Source: Balanoglossus misakiensis
Taxonomy: Eukaryota; Animalia; Hemichordata
DNA: 64,000 bases
Direction: 5' to 3'
NCBI GenBank assembly: GCA_040954595.2
Contig: CM082583.2
Span: 7,376,849-7,440,848 of the forward strand
Shown here piece by piece: positions 13,928 through 30,912 of the stretch. The notes under the pieces were generated by a model. The model was not told where the DNA came from. It saw only the letters and a program-made list of their open reading frames with translations, and ran no database searches. Position numbers and translations under genes: made by a program. The stretch's first letter is position 1. Each line of letters opens with the position of its first letter.

Positions 13928-15146
13928 CTTGTGACTGTTCTCCCTCACCAGATCTGGCCCTGAATCATACTCCGGCGTTCGAGAAGTCACAGAATTTCAA
14001 AGATCCTGTAACAGCTCGTTCAAAGTGGAGTAGGTGTGAGATCGCTATGCAGGCTGCACATATCATTGACTGTCTCGATTATAAACATAAAATGGCGGAC
14101 AGATGAATAAGAGACCTGGCTCATGTTTGGTCAGCACCGCCACCTTTCAATTAAGCCCTAGTGGACAGGCTTTGTCAGTGCAGGGGTTTGAATGAAATTC
14201 TTTAGGCAGAAGGGAACTTTTATTAACAGTCTTTTACTGCGTATACCTCGATTCATCCCTTTGGGGAATGGTGACGGTAAAATGTGTATGGAGGCGTACT
14301 GATGGGGGAAGTACCAACAAACCAATCACAAAGCTCGTTTTATCTCGCAAAAGGGGATATTGATCCGAGCGCATGACGCCCTCTATAGCCTGTAGGGGAT
14401 ATATTTTTGTTTTCTTCCACACTTGATTCACCTTTGAAGACCAAGTCATGATTTTATCACGCACGTCACTGTAAGATAATCGTCAGTGTTATGTTGACGA
14501 ATGTCTAATATTTCCATTTTTAACAAATTTATGTAATTACCATGTATCATTATAAATTCAAAGTTACTACATCGTGACTGAATTTTATGACTAAAGATAC
14601 TGATTCCAACATTTAGTTTGCAGGATGTGCAATTGCATGTAACCAGTTATAAAGTCCTATGCATTTCTATTCTTTTAAGACATATTTTTATTTTCTGAAT
14701 TATGGCAATAATTGATATTCAATCCAAGAAAAATAAATTTTTAGGAATTGGTTTATTTAATATGTATATAAACTTTAAACAATAAATAAAACAAATACAT
14801 GTATAGCTTTACCATTTTGTGGGTGATTTTGTTGAAATTATCACACAGAGTTACAAATTTGTATTTCTCAGGTTTTCTTCATATATTATCATTTTCTAAA
14901 TTTTTATTAAATCGTATCAAATACTGTCGCTGTTGATAAACTGGCTTTTACACAAATGGATCACATTACTTCTTCAAAAAGTTGCTGCAAGATACAAAAT
15001 CATCAGCATATAAAATGTGATATTATGTTTCTAACAACTACACTAGTGCATTGACAAATATTTTGGGGCATTTTCAGTTAGGTTTGATCCTTGAAAACAT
15101 AACTGCAAATGTTTCTTTCGGAACTTTGGATTCAATTCTGGAATCT

Positions 15147-17694
15147 TTAATGCCAGCCTTCTGTACGGATGAAATTCAACCATTTTCTGTAGGCCTCGGC
15201 GCAACGTAGCTGAATACTGTTATCGCATGTGCAGACATTTTCCACACACTTGTCAATAAATTTCAGTTCTGCTGCGAAAAGTTCACTGTCACGCCCCTGA
15301 GCATCAGCTCTGAATTTCTTCTCTCTCGGGTTGGCTTGACCCCGCCTCCCTTCAGACTGATGAGTGGCTGTGAGCACTTCCAAGTCTGGCTTTTTGCATT
15401 GTGTCTCACTGTTTGTACATGTTGTCTGCCTCAGAATTGTGGCATCGTTCTCTGCACAGCTCTGACTGCATGTCCTTTCCCACTCTCCTGAGGAATTCAG
15501 TAAATGACACTGTAAATGGAAAAGAAATCTCCTGGAAAAGTAAGAGAGGATGTAATTAACATTCTGACAAACAATTCAATGGCAATTCAGAGTTGGGGGG
15601 AAGAGACATGTGGTCATTTTGCTTGCTGCATCTATCACTGGGTAACACCAGTAGTCATCAAGGGCGAATATTTTAGGTTCTGGTATTAATTCCACAGTAG
15701 AACACTAGCCTGTTTACCTGTGATACCAAATAGCTTCGTGTCCCGGGTAGGACTTGATGAGCTCTGCAGTCAACTTCATTTCTGATTCTAACACCTCTGC
15801 CATCTTGGAAGCACTGGGAACGTCTTGATCAATATTGGCCTTGCTCAGCTCGGAGATGAGGAACTGCCTATAATGGAAACCACTGTGATCCGACACGTGC
15901 ATACTGACTACTCTCTCGGTTTTTGATAGTTCTGCCAATAACAACTGCAATTGAAAGATTTGTTGACTTTAATTTAAAAAAATAGAGATCACACTGTTGC
16001 CATGCCATCATTCAAGATTATCATAACTACACTCCAGATCCATCCCACACATGAAATGTTGGACCGAAAGCAAATTCTATCAACTAACAGACCCAGATCT
16101 TGCATATCACTGCTATCTTTACCTGTTCGGAGCATTTGGTGAGATGCTGGATGGTCCATATTCGATGAGACCACGCACTGTAGTTATTGGCATATCTTTC
16201 AGCTGTGGTACTGCAAACTGCAAATTCATCTGATATAACATTGTCATCTGCCACTATAGACCCTGTATGTCCTTGATTGTTCTGTGAAGGAAGTTCGTCA
16301 TCGAGACCATTTCTGCCGTTTGATGTTTCCTCTTGCTGCTGTTTCAGCAGCTGTAGTAAAACCCATTTTCTTTTGAAAAGAATAACAGTTTATTAGCTTT
16401 TGGTCATAAACGCAAGGCTGTTTCTATTAGCCTGCACCATAATAGACAAAGACAAAATATTGGAATGGAGACAAGTGTCTATTCATACCAAAAAAATTCA
16501 CCTGTGAGAAAATGTTTCAGGACTCTTTGGTTGTCTTGTTAACACTAGACTGGAAAATTTGAGATCTGTTTGGATGTCAAGATGACCACTTCTTATCAGC
16601 TCTTTTCTGCAGGAAAAAAATGTAAAAGGTAGATGTTCAAAGATCACTAATAACAATCAGAGTTATGATGCACCAAAAATTTAGTTGGATATTTTATTTG
16701 GTGTAACCAAACCAGGAAACTACTTTTTCACACAAAGATAAAGCGGTTAGTCTTACCTGGCATTCCACACTGTATAACATTCTGGGTTTATCAAAAGAAC
16801 TGCTCTGCTACAGCTTATAAGATCTTTTGGTTCTGAAAATACACATACATAACATTTCTTAATGGTGGTGTGGGTGATTTTGTAGATCCGTTTTGGTTAA
16901 GGCAAAACTAAGTTGAAATTAAAAAAGAACCAGTCTATGTGGACATAAAAACTGCAGAAAATGTAACTCACCTAACCTGATCTGTTTCTGTCTTGCTTGC
17001 ATGAGTTGATTGTATGCATACTGGAAAACCAAAGTCACACTCCATGATTCCAAGCCAAGTTTATGTTGTTCAAGTATCACAGGACTTTTGTTCTGTATAG
17101 CTTCTGGGCACGGTATGAAACCAAATTCATCTCTATCAAGATTAACCAAACATCAATTGTTACTTTTTCAGCTGTTGGCATACAGAGATACTTCTTGACT
17201 ATCAATAATAAACAATTGCAGATGGTCACATTTCCATGTCATTGTGATTTCATATACTGTCACGTCATTGGTTGAATTTTGGGGTCATCCTGCGGTCAAT
17301 GGTCGAAACTTATTCATTCCCATGTAAACTTTGAAATAAGCCCTGGCAAGGGATTATGCTGCTATGCTGTTTATCACGGTATCGTCTGACAACATGCTTC
17401 CATGTTTTACAATACCAAGGGACTATGATATTGTAGCATGAGAGTTTGGACATGTGGCATGTGTGGCCATCGCCGGGCTACAGCAGCTGGCCTGCCTGGT
17501 CATTCGACACACACGAATCGCAGTCACTTTTACAACGAAATATAGATTAACAAACTCTGTAATCAATAAAGTAGATGAGCACGTTAAAACAGGCAAGGAA
17601 AGACGTAAAATCTTCAAACATACATGTTTGGATCCCGTTTAAATGCGATGTTTACATCATAGAGGATTCTCCGGCCTCTTTCGTCGTCGGCCAT
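15147..17694 (-). CDS. PTAR1: Protein prenyltransferase alpha subunit repeat-containing protein 1 (GGTase-III alpha)
   Basis: Exons give AFKRDPNIDEFGFIPCPEAIQNKSPVILEQHKLGLESW, PKSPETFSHR, ERYANNYSAWSHRIW, HVSDHSGFHYRQFL and YPGHEAIWYHR (PPTA repeats); stop at 15147-15149. Confidence 0.93.
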
Positions 17695-17907
17695 CTCTCA
17701 CCTACGAGAGTTTAAACGAGACTTGATACGTATGGTTCAATAAGCGATTAAATGTTTGAACAAAAAAGAATTATTATACTCACTGTGACAAAAATTGTAA
17801 AACAAGTGAATAATCTAACTATTTCTTTTATTTATTTAATAGTTTTCTTTCTTGCAAAGTAATTCTCGAATGAAATTAACGAGACCTAGAGGGCGCACTA
17901 TTTGAAA

Positions 17908-20900
17908 ATGGCTGACCCAAGAAGGACTGGGACGTTTGAATCAGACAAGACACGAGTCCGTGGTGTTGCCGACCATCGTAGCAACTCTAATGAAGGTACA
18001 TGTAAACCAGATTACAGCACTGATAATCAAAGAAATGGCGGCGCTATGTTTAATAATGAAAGTACGTTTTATAATTATAAGGACGGTCCTCCAGGTGGCG
18101 ACCCGAGGCCTCCTCTTTTGACCCACTCTGGCAGTGGCAATGTGAACATTCAGTTACCACCAGGAACGAACGCTGGGATGCCAAACAGCACTAGAGGCAT
18201 GGAAAATCAACATTTTCCATCGAGAAGTGTAAATCACGTTCCACACCCACCGCCAAGTTTTGTGCGCGATCCGTTCGAATCCCCCAACCATGGCCAAGCG
18301 TTTGAGTCTCCTTCCCAGCAAAGCACCTTTCATGAGCCAAAGCACGAACAACACAATAGCCAGCATACTATTATGCCACAACCACCAAGATTTGACCCAC
18401 AGCAGTTCCTGCAACACATGCCACGTCCACCACAGCCTATGTATCAACCTGATGCTGGAACATTCAATTATCCTGGCCCACATGAAAGAAGACACGATCC
18501 TTTGCCATCTGGAATGAGTGGTCCTGCTCCTTTCCCAGATGTTGCCTGGACTGGTACAAACTTCCATCCACACCAACTGTCACAAGCACAGTGGGCACCA
18601 TTACTGCAGCAACAGCGTCGTCATCCAGGACAACGACAAATACAATCACAAAAGGAAATAGATCAGGAGTGGACGTTCAATTGGTTGCTTTCCGGAGATG
18701 TCATCAGTCGACAGAAAACTTCGAAAATGAAACCAAAGCTGACTGTGAGTTTTATTGAACATTACATATAGACTATGAAGTTAAGATATGATGGATACAT
18801 GGTTGTACACTTGTGGTCCATCATGACTTATCAAGGACTAAGGCTTTACTACTATTACTGGCACTAACTACAAATAGAGCCATAAAATCTGTAATTTTAC
18901 AAAATTGAGACTTGGGGAGGAGGCTGTGCATGTGTGATGTTTGACAGGTTTGATGAGGTCAGAAAACAACTTGTATCAGATTGAATATTATAGCTACACA
19001 GCATCATTGAATGAACTGACAAACACATAAAGAGGTACTAATGGTGTTTTTCATTTGCATTCTGTTATAAAGATTGGTGAATTCAAGCAACTTCTGAAGG
19101 AAATCATACTTCTAAATAGCCAACTAACAGAGCAGAGAGACAATCTGGCCAGGTGTATCGAAAAAGACGAATCTTTCTGGCAGTTTGAGTGTAGAAAAAC
19201 TGACAAAATCAAGGTAAGTGTCAAAATTAATGCATGGCATGTCCCTGCTGAAACTAAGTAGGACAGTGTTGAGCTTGATCTTTCTAGAGCTGCCCAGATT
19301 TGACATGTTAACTCTTCATGTTCTTTATTCTGATACATGCACAGGACAAACTGATGAAAGCCCAGGAACAGTTGTATGATGCTGAACAAGTGTCGCTGAT
19401 GAAACAGAAAATTGAGAAACAGAGAAAGAAGCGAGTAAGTGTTTTATTCAGTGTTCTCCCCAGAGTCATTAGAGACACAAGGCAATTTTTCTTGACTCAA
19501 CTGAGAAACACATTTTTATTTCCCAGGACTCTTCAAAGAGAAGAAATGCCAGAAGACAGGCTGAAAAAGAAGAAAGCTTAAAGAGAAGAGAGGAACTGCA
19601 CAGGAAGATGGATGAAAAAATTGCAAAAGAAGAGAACAAAAAATTGGAAAAGAAAAGAGTGAGTATCCATTTCGCCCTTTGCACCCTGACCTCCTTGTGA
19701 CCTATGACATCATTGGGAGTTTGTCTTTGGAGCGTTGTTCAAAAACTTGATGATGATGAATTAATTTCGTTCAATTTTTCAAGGGGAGTCTCCTGTGACT
19801 TCCATGAGTATTAATTTCAGATGGTGCCAGTTGGCTTTAGTAAGTAGTATCTGGCAATGTCAGTGTGTAGTTACTAGGAGGAACCTCTTGATCTGAAATT
19901 AAAATAAAATTTGTATGTGTCATGTTTCAGGAAGAACAACTTCAGAAAGAGGTTGACAAGATATTCTTTGAAGTTCGACAGAAGAAAGCAGAAGCTGACA
20001 AGGCCTTAAATGTGTTGAAATTACTCCGCAAATTACGGCACCTCAGGAAAGAAAGTGCAGAGAGAAAAGGTGACAGAAATTTCTTCAGATCATAAATCTT
20101 TAACGGTAAACTAGTATCGTTTGCAATAATTTTAATTTCACTTGTGAATTAACTTGGAACGCCCGTTCGCCCCGCAGGTGTCCCCACCAGTGGCAGTTCC
20201 TCACAGGCATTTGAAGAAACCATCGAGAGACTGGAGAAGCTGATGCAACGTCAGAGAGACGTTTACACGGATGAGGAGAAGACGATGCAAGTGATGATGC
20301 ACTTTGAGCAGGAAGAAAACAAGGAGAAGGAGAGAGAGGCACAGAGGCGGCGACTTCAAGACAGGGCCAAGAAAGTTGTCAAGGAACAGCTGCTGTGTCT
20401 GTTTGAAGATGGTAATAAAATCTTTCGCTACATGTTGCTTCATTTTACACGGGTTACATTTGCTTATGCATCAACTGTTGCCTGTCCTTACCTTGCAAGT
20501 TGTATACACACTCGAACCATTCACACTTGAGTAAATGTGAGACCCTTTTCGTTTTATCACAGAAGGGCCATTGACTCCAGAGGATCCACTGTACCCTTTC
20601 AGACAGTATTATTTACAAGCAGAAAACAATCCACAGGCATTGCTTGAAGTCAGGTATGTAGCATTACTCAGTGATTATAATCAAAGCTGATAAACAATGA
20701 CACATACATGTATATTCAAAAACTGGCACATTTGTTTTGACTACTGAATGGTGGGCTGTATAGCGCCCCCAATGACAGAAGACATCTGAACACAGTTGGG
20801 GTTTTATTGGCAAGGATAAATTGATGGGTGACCTCAGATCTGAAGTAGCAAATGCAACAGTGACAAGGAGAGTTGAGTGACATTGTCTTGAGGTCATTGC

Positions 20901-21249
20901 AAAGATAGCGATAGATTATGTTGTGGAAGGGCTGCACCCACTGAAAAAAAGAACATTGTCCCTCTTTCTCAAGATGTAAAATAAAGTGTTCAATTTTTAC
21001 ACATGTATTATAAGTATGTCTATATAGCCGAATAATTTGTAGCACTGAAACTTTCTGTATTAATTCTTTCAGATATTATTTCTTACACATCTATTTCATA
21101 TTGTTTTTTTTTTTAATTTCTGCAGGCATCAGTGGGACAGCTTCCTTGCAGCTGAGGGAACCCCTGGCTCATCAACTATTCCAATAGAATGGGTTACACC
21201 TGGCATGCCAACCAATGAAACATGGGCATCTTATGTTGAAAAGACATGA
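17908..21249 (+). CDS. PDCD7: Programmed cell death protein 7 (U11 snRNP 59K)
   Basis: Pro/Gln-rich N-terminus and coiled coil, then LKLLRKLRHLRKESAERKG, DPLYPFRQYYLQAENNPQALLEVRHQWDSFL and TIPIEWVTPGMPTNETWASY*; eight GT-AG exons. Confidence 0.9.
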
Positions 21250-23384
21250 CAGTGATTATTTCTGGCTTTTCATATTCACATTTATTTATTTTTAGGTAAT
21301 AAACATTGAATTTCACTGGCTATAAAATATCTGTTTGTCTTCATGGGCGTAACAAAACTGTCCTAGACTTCTATAGTAAATTTTCCCCTTCTTGAAAGTT
21401 CCACAACCTGGCACGTTTTTCTGCATTTCCCCTGAGGTCATGCGATTAAATTTGATACTCCATCAAGGTTACCTCCACCATTCTGAGGGAAATAATGCAG
21501 CTCGTTCCAGAGTAACCAAGGCCAACAATTTCCACTCTGCACGTTTTCAATTGTACAGCTCTCCCCATCAAGGTGACATTGGCTTTGACATGCAAATGTC
21601 TGTTTACCAGCGACATCTCCATATGTGTCATCTGATCGCAATCAGATAATATGCAGCCATCACACGTATACTGACATACCGGTAGTATGCACCTTTATAT
21701 CTGTGTTAGGATTCTTTTGTAAACAAAAATAAGTAACATGGGTAGTACATATTAACTGCTGGCCAAGGACCTTCTGGAATTGCCCTATGCACACACCTGA
21801 CCTCGAGTAAGGAAGCTGTCATATAAAGGTCCTTTCCAGGGACTTGAGCAATGAGTTTAGAGGTACCGGTAATGATAGTGAATACCATACTATGTCCAGC
21901 AATCCTGCTACACTTACACACAGCCTTCTGTTTGGAAGGGGGTTAGGGAAAGGGCACAGCACCGATATAACACCCAAACTGATCAACTCCAACCACAAAA
22001 GGCACAGACACATTTATTTTCATATAAATAAGATAAACTTCTTTATTAATATTTTACATTCAAAAGAAAAGAAAAAGCTTAATAAAAATAAACTTTCTTT
22101 AATACACAAGCCTGCAAGCAAGCAAGCAGTCAGCTTGTCAACTTATTCTACTACCAGCCACTGGCATCAAAAATTTGCAGTGTTCACAGAAACCACGTAT
22201 TTTTCTTATTTTCACTTTTTTTTAGAAATTCGTCAACAAATTTGACACTTGCCTATATTGAAGAGCTGATACTCTTTTATGAAGAGTCAAAAACAGATAG
22301 GTTGGTGAAACCTTGATGTAACAACCCAAACCCTCAATAAGTGGGTCTCCATCATAATCATGCTACCTCTATAGAGACAGAAGCCACTGTTTGAAACATA
22401 CTTTTTTCCCCTCTTTAAATGTTACAGATTGATGGCAAATTCAATGGTAGTGTACACATGTAATTCAAAATATTGCACAGAATTTCAGAAAACTGCTAGT
22501 CTGTTGTGTCTCGTTAATGGAGCATTAAGAACCCTAACAGGTATCAAAGACCACTGATTATAATTCTGGCGATATGAATTAAGATAAAGTGACTGTTTGT
22601 AACCCCTTTGCCAAAAAGACTAATTAACAGCATTGTTGAATGAAAAAAAAAAAACGTCCAGTTTTCTCATGCCTAAACTGATGAAAGGCTTTGTTTCTGC
22701 TGTTGTGAGTGTGATTAAAACACACTAAATCATATTAAGAGAGGTTGTTTAAGCACAGCACACTATGAAAATAATTTTTTAAATAATTTATCTGAGAGCA
22801 GCTGTTCTAAACAAAAATATGTTCTATGACAATAGCCTGTTATCTTTGAAGCACCATGATGGGCTAAATTGTTCCAGTCTATTTTAAATAGACGATGCTT
22901 TCCGACAAGTAATCAAATTTACAAACGTGACTTCTTATAGCATGACTCATCTTTTTTTGTTTAAATAATGAGTGGCAGCGATGGTGTGTTTGGTGGTCAC
23001 TAGACTCCCAATCAAATCAAGTTATCTGTATGGGAAAACAAAGGTGTTCCAGACTTGCTGTCCATGTCCAAGTTTTACAACGAAAAAAATCAAGCAAAAT
23101 GATGGACCAATTCATAGTTTAGGAAGAGCATGAGAATTCGAAAATTATCATTTTTCTCTTTACAAATCTTTTACAATTCATCTGAAATGCAAGCATATTA
23201 CATCAAAAATATTTACATAAAATAATACACATTTCTCTTTGACTTCCTCCTAAAATATGGAATGGCCAATCATTCTTTCTGGCAGAGGGTAATAACATGA
23301 ACTGCTACAGTCATCCTTATTACAGCAGATTAAGTTTTTGTTGTTAGAAAGTTCCAACTTTCAGCACTGAGGTTCTTCGCCTCC

Positions 23385-27539
<4,155 letters not shown>

Positions 27540-28572
27540 CACGAACCTGGATGAAGTTCCGGTGGAGATCCCACTGCTTTTATCGACGACTTTTGCCGGC
27601 GCAATTCGACGCAGAGATAATTTGGTTCACCAAGGACAATATACGTTACCAATAAAACGAACAATCTCAGAAATCAAACATAAATTGACGACCCGGCCCC
27701 GACATTGTGAGGTCGATCGTGAAAACTGGATGACTGGATGGAACTGGAACTTGAAGAGTTCCCACCACACAGTGCATAACTTTGAACATAGTCTAAACTG
27801 GGAAAGCAACTGGATGTGGAAAATGGTGATACTTACGTTATTTCCCAATATTAGGCGCGTAAAATACTTTCCCCCTATTTTACAGACCGCTCTCTAATAC
27901 CGCGTATTGTACATTTCATGTCCGTTATCAACTAAACTCGGACGAGTATGTTTACGTTTTTCTGTCCACTCCTAATTTGAATAATTTAAACTAGTTCCTC
28001 GAACTGCGCGTGCGTATCTAACGGGAGTGATTTGACTGACACACGGCAGTTCTGATTGGCTTATTTGCAGCAAGCGTCTGCTAAGGGGAAACTTTTCTTT
28101 TGGAACAAATAAAGCTTATTTCCAATTAAAAACTCAGTCATTCACTGGATCATGAAATTTTTGAGCAGATGCATTAAGTTCCTTGGTAAGGTTAAAAATG
28201 AATTCAGCTATTCTATTGCCATTTTGACGCACACAATAATTCAGTGACAACGAATCAGAAGCTATGACATAAAGGATGAGTGAGTGTGACGCGTGACCAA
28301 TCAGCAAGCTGCGAAATGAAGGCGTTGTCCCTACGTCAGAGTCATGTGTTGTTGTATTACCTTGGTTGGTCTGAACCAGTTTTTACCTGCAAAAGCAGTG
28401 TTTTGGCTGTTCCATGCTGTTACATCAACCGCCGCCACCAGTGAACTTTTCAGAGTTAGAAGTTTATAGAGGGCAGTATATTTTGTCTTATATAGAGTAG
28501 TTTCATCAGTCGTCGAACAACTTAAAAAAAATTGTGTTGCTTTATATATATTTCAAAGATGACAATCATTGC

Positions 28573-28586
28573 CCACCAGGTGGCAC
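28573..28586 (+). promoter_or_regulatory. Candidate CTCF site
   Basis: CCACCAGGTGGCAC fits the CTCF core consensus and lies between the TIR gene 3' end and the DCAF12 promoter. Confidence 0.45.
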
Positions 28587-28760
28587 ACCTATGTTTTATT
28601 TTTATTATATGAAAAAAAAATATAAGTATGGATATTGTTGATTCATAAAGTAACATTTTCAAACATCATTGTGGTCTACTGAAATAAACAGCTGACAAAT
28701 ACAGTAACAGACTACTCATTCAGAAAAAAATCACTCTTGCTCACTCACTTACCCACCCAC

Positions 28761-28778
28761 TCAATCAATCAATCAATC

Positions 28779-28819
<41 letters not shown>

Positions 28820-28822
28820 CCA
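28761..28822. repeat. (TCAA)n microsatellite
   Basis: About 15 near-perfect TCAA units. Confidence 0.95.
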
Positions 28823-29375
28823 ACCAACACTGTTTATTCTATCCCAAGCAAACAATAAAGTTGTATGCATACTGATACCTAAAATATCACTTTTATTAAT
28901 CACAATATCCATAAGACATTTACATGACAAAATAACAGCCAAAATCACACATTCACAATACTTTTTGCATTGGAAAAACCACCAAAACCAAATTACGCCC
29001 TCAACCATGTAAATGGTTTATCTTTCCTTCTACCTTGACGACATGGATACAGTTTCTGGGTGACAATTATAATAAGGCAATAAGCATACATGTCTTACAT
29101 GCCACGCCAATCAAAATTTAAAATTTAGTGTAACTAGGCTAAGCCACTATATCGCTGTTGTGAGTCAAAACCAAGAATGAGTTATTATTCTTCGGTAAAT
29201 TTTGGTGATATGGATGGCATAACTGCAGTGTAGATGGTTAAATCTAATTCCTGGTGCAGTTTCATCTTCCTTTGGAGTATGTTGACACCCCTTGCCCAAA
29301 ATCTGTATGTCTTCTCTGAATTTTATGAACCCTTTGAAAACAAGCCCTCAGTATCTCGCCTTTTGGATCATCCCC

Positions 29376-30143
29376 TTAACTTTGTGTTGAGTTGCCCCCA
29401 CTCAGGGACATGCTTGAAGAGTCCAAGCTGTTTGCTTGGATTGGTGGAGAGATACTGCTGCTGCTGCTTGGGAGCGTGCCGCCAGTTGGGCTCCTAATGT
29501 TAGCAGCCAAACCTGACAGACCCATCGTGTTCTCCAACCGCTTCCAGAAGTGCTTAGCGGTATATTTGACTCCGGCGAGAGTTCTGAGAGCGCTTGGCGT
29601 TTCTTTCTTCTCCAGGTCGACGTATATTGGAATGACGCAGAACCTGTCATGATGGTCCTCTAGGGCTGTTATCAGGCTCTGGTGAATGATCCTTTCAAAC
29701 CATGCAGATTTAATAGAGTTTCGTGAAACGATGAAAAGTATCTTATCGCTGTTATTTATTCCGCGATCCAGATTGGAGAATTTACTTTTGCCCGGGGTGA
29801 AGTCTCTCTCTTCGATGAAACCGCTAAGATGGTGCCTGTCCTCAAGAAATGTTCTCACTTCTTCGGCCACGCTGTCGTCGTCTTCATGATACCACAGTGT
29901 GAAGTCAAACCTTTCTTTGTTGAATTCGCCAGAATGCGACGGTTCAGCTGCAGATCCACGCTCAGCTTCTTCGGAGGGCTCCTGGGAACTTGACACCAAG
30001 GAGTCTTGGTGCGTTTCCTGCTCGGACTGAACTGTGACAGAAGTAGTGGATTCTGGAATAGCATCAGCACCTACACTTTCTATTCCATATGCTGGGCTGT
30101 CAGGGGACATGGAAGACACCCCAGAGTCCGGAGCTGTTGCCAT
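29376..30143 (-). CDS. TIR-domain-only protein with Ser-rich flanks (single coding exon)
   Basis: FDFTLWYHEDD (box 1), GFIEERDFTPG (box 2/BB loop), INNSDKILFIVSRNSIKSAWF, VIPI and FWKRL (box 3). No transmembrane, LRR or death domain. Probable non-coding first exon with a donor near 30640. Confidence 0.85.
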   Translation of the reverse strand: MATAPDSGVSSMSPDSPAYGIESVGADAIPESTTSVTVQSEQETHQDSLVSSSQEPSEEAERGSAAEPSHSGEFNKERFDFTLWYHEDDDSVAEEVRTFLEDRHHLSGFIEERDFTPGKSKFSNLDRGINNSDKILFIVSRNSIKSAWFERIIHQSLITALEDHHDRFCVIPIYVDLEKKETPSALRTLAGVKYTAKHFWKRLENTMGLSGLAANIRSPTGGTLPSSSSSISPPIQANSLDSSSMSLSGGNSTQS

Positions 30144-30912
30144 GGTAACTTACTGGTCACAAGATTATAGTATCATTCTGTACATGTAAAATAAAATGAA
30201 GCAGATGTGTGTTAATGGTCAGGAATATAAATGAGAAACATGCAAATAACTTTATGTCATGGACTGTTCAAACAGGTTTTAAAAAATCTGCATATTCTAA
30301 ATTCTCATTTATTCACATCAAGTGGAAGGGTTATTGCTTCAATATGATTGCTATTGGTTTCAAGAAAGGGGAACAAAACGGCCTGTCTCGTGGTCATTCC
30401 TTTTACAAACACGTTGAGGAAGTACCAGTACGTGGGGATTCGTGACCACACATCGTAACAAATACAGAAGTACAGATTTTCACAGCATGTAAATGACGAT
30501 ATTTTTTCGGATACATACGACTCCTGAGGTCAGCCTCAGGTCACTGTGCATGCGGTCAACTGTTGACGAGTGTACCTCTGTAGCTGCAGTAAAGTCTTAT
30601 CCCCTATGGCTTAACCGAATGCACAAAGTAATTTCTGCTTACCATGCCCTATATTGTCTGCCTTTGGATTCTTCTATAAAGTAGTTTAACCATGGTTTCA
30701 CTTGTACTGCTCTGTAAAGTGTCGTGTGGGCGAGCTATCGACGTGAGTACTTCCGGGTTATTGCGAAGCGCCCCCATCGTCGTGTTCAAAGACACGGGAT
30801 TCCCTGGGACGCGTCGACGCGACAACACCGGCAACCTCAAATGACATTTGTACGTGAAAGCTTAGTCCCCCTGGTACTTTTATCGGTTATTTGCTGACGC
30901 GACAAGGTCAAG

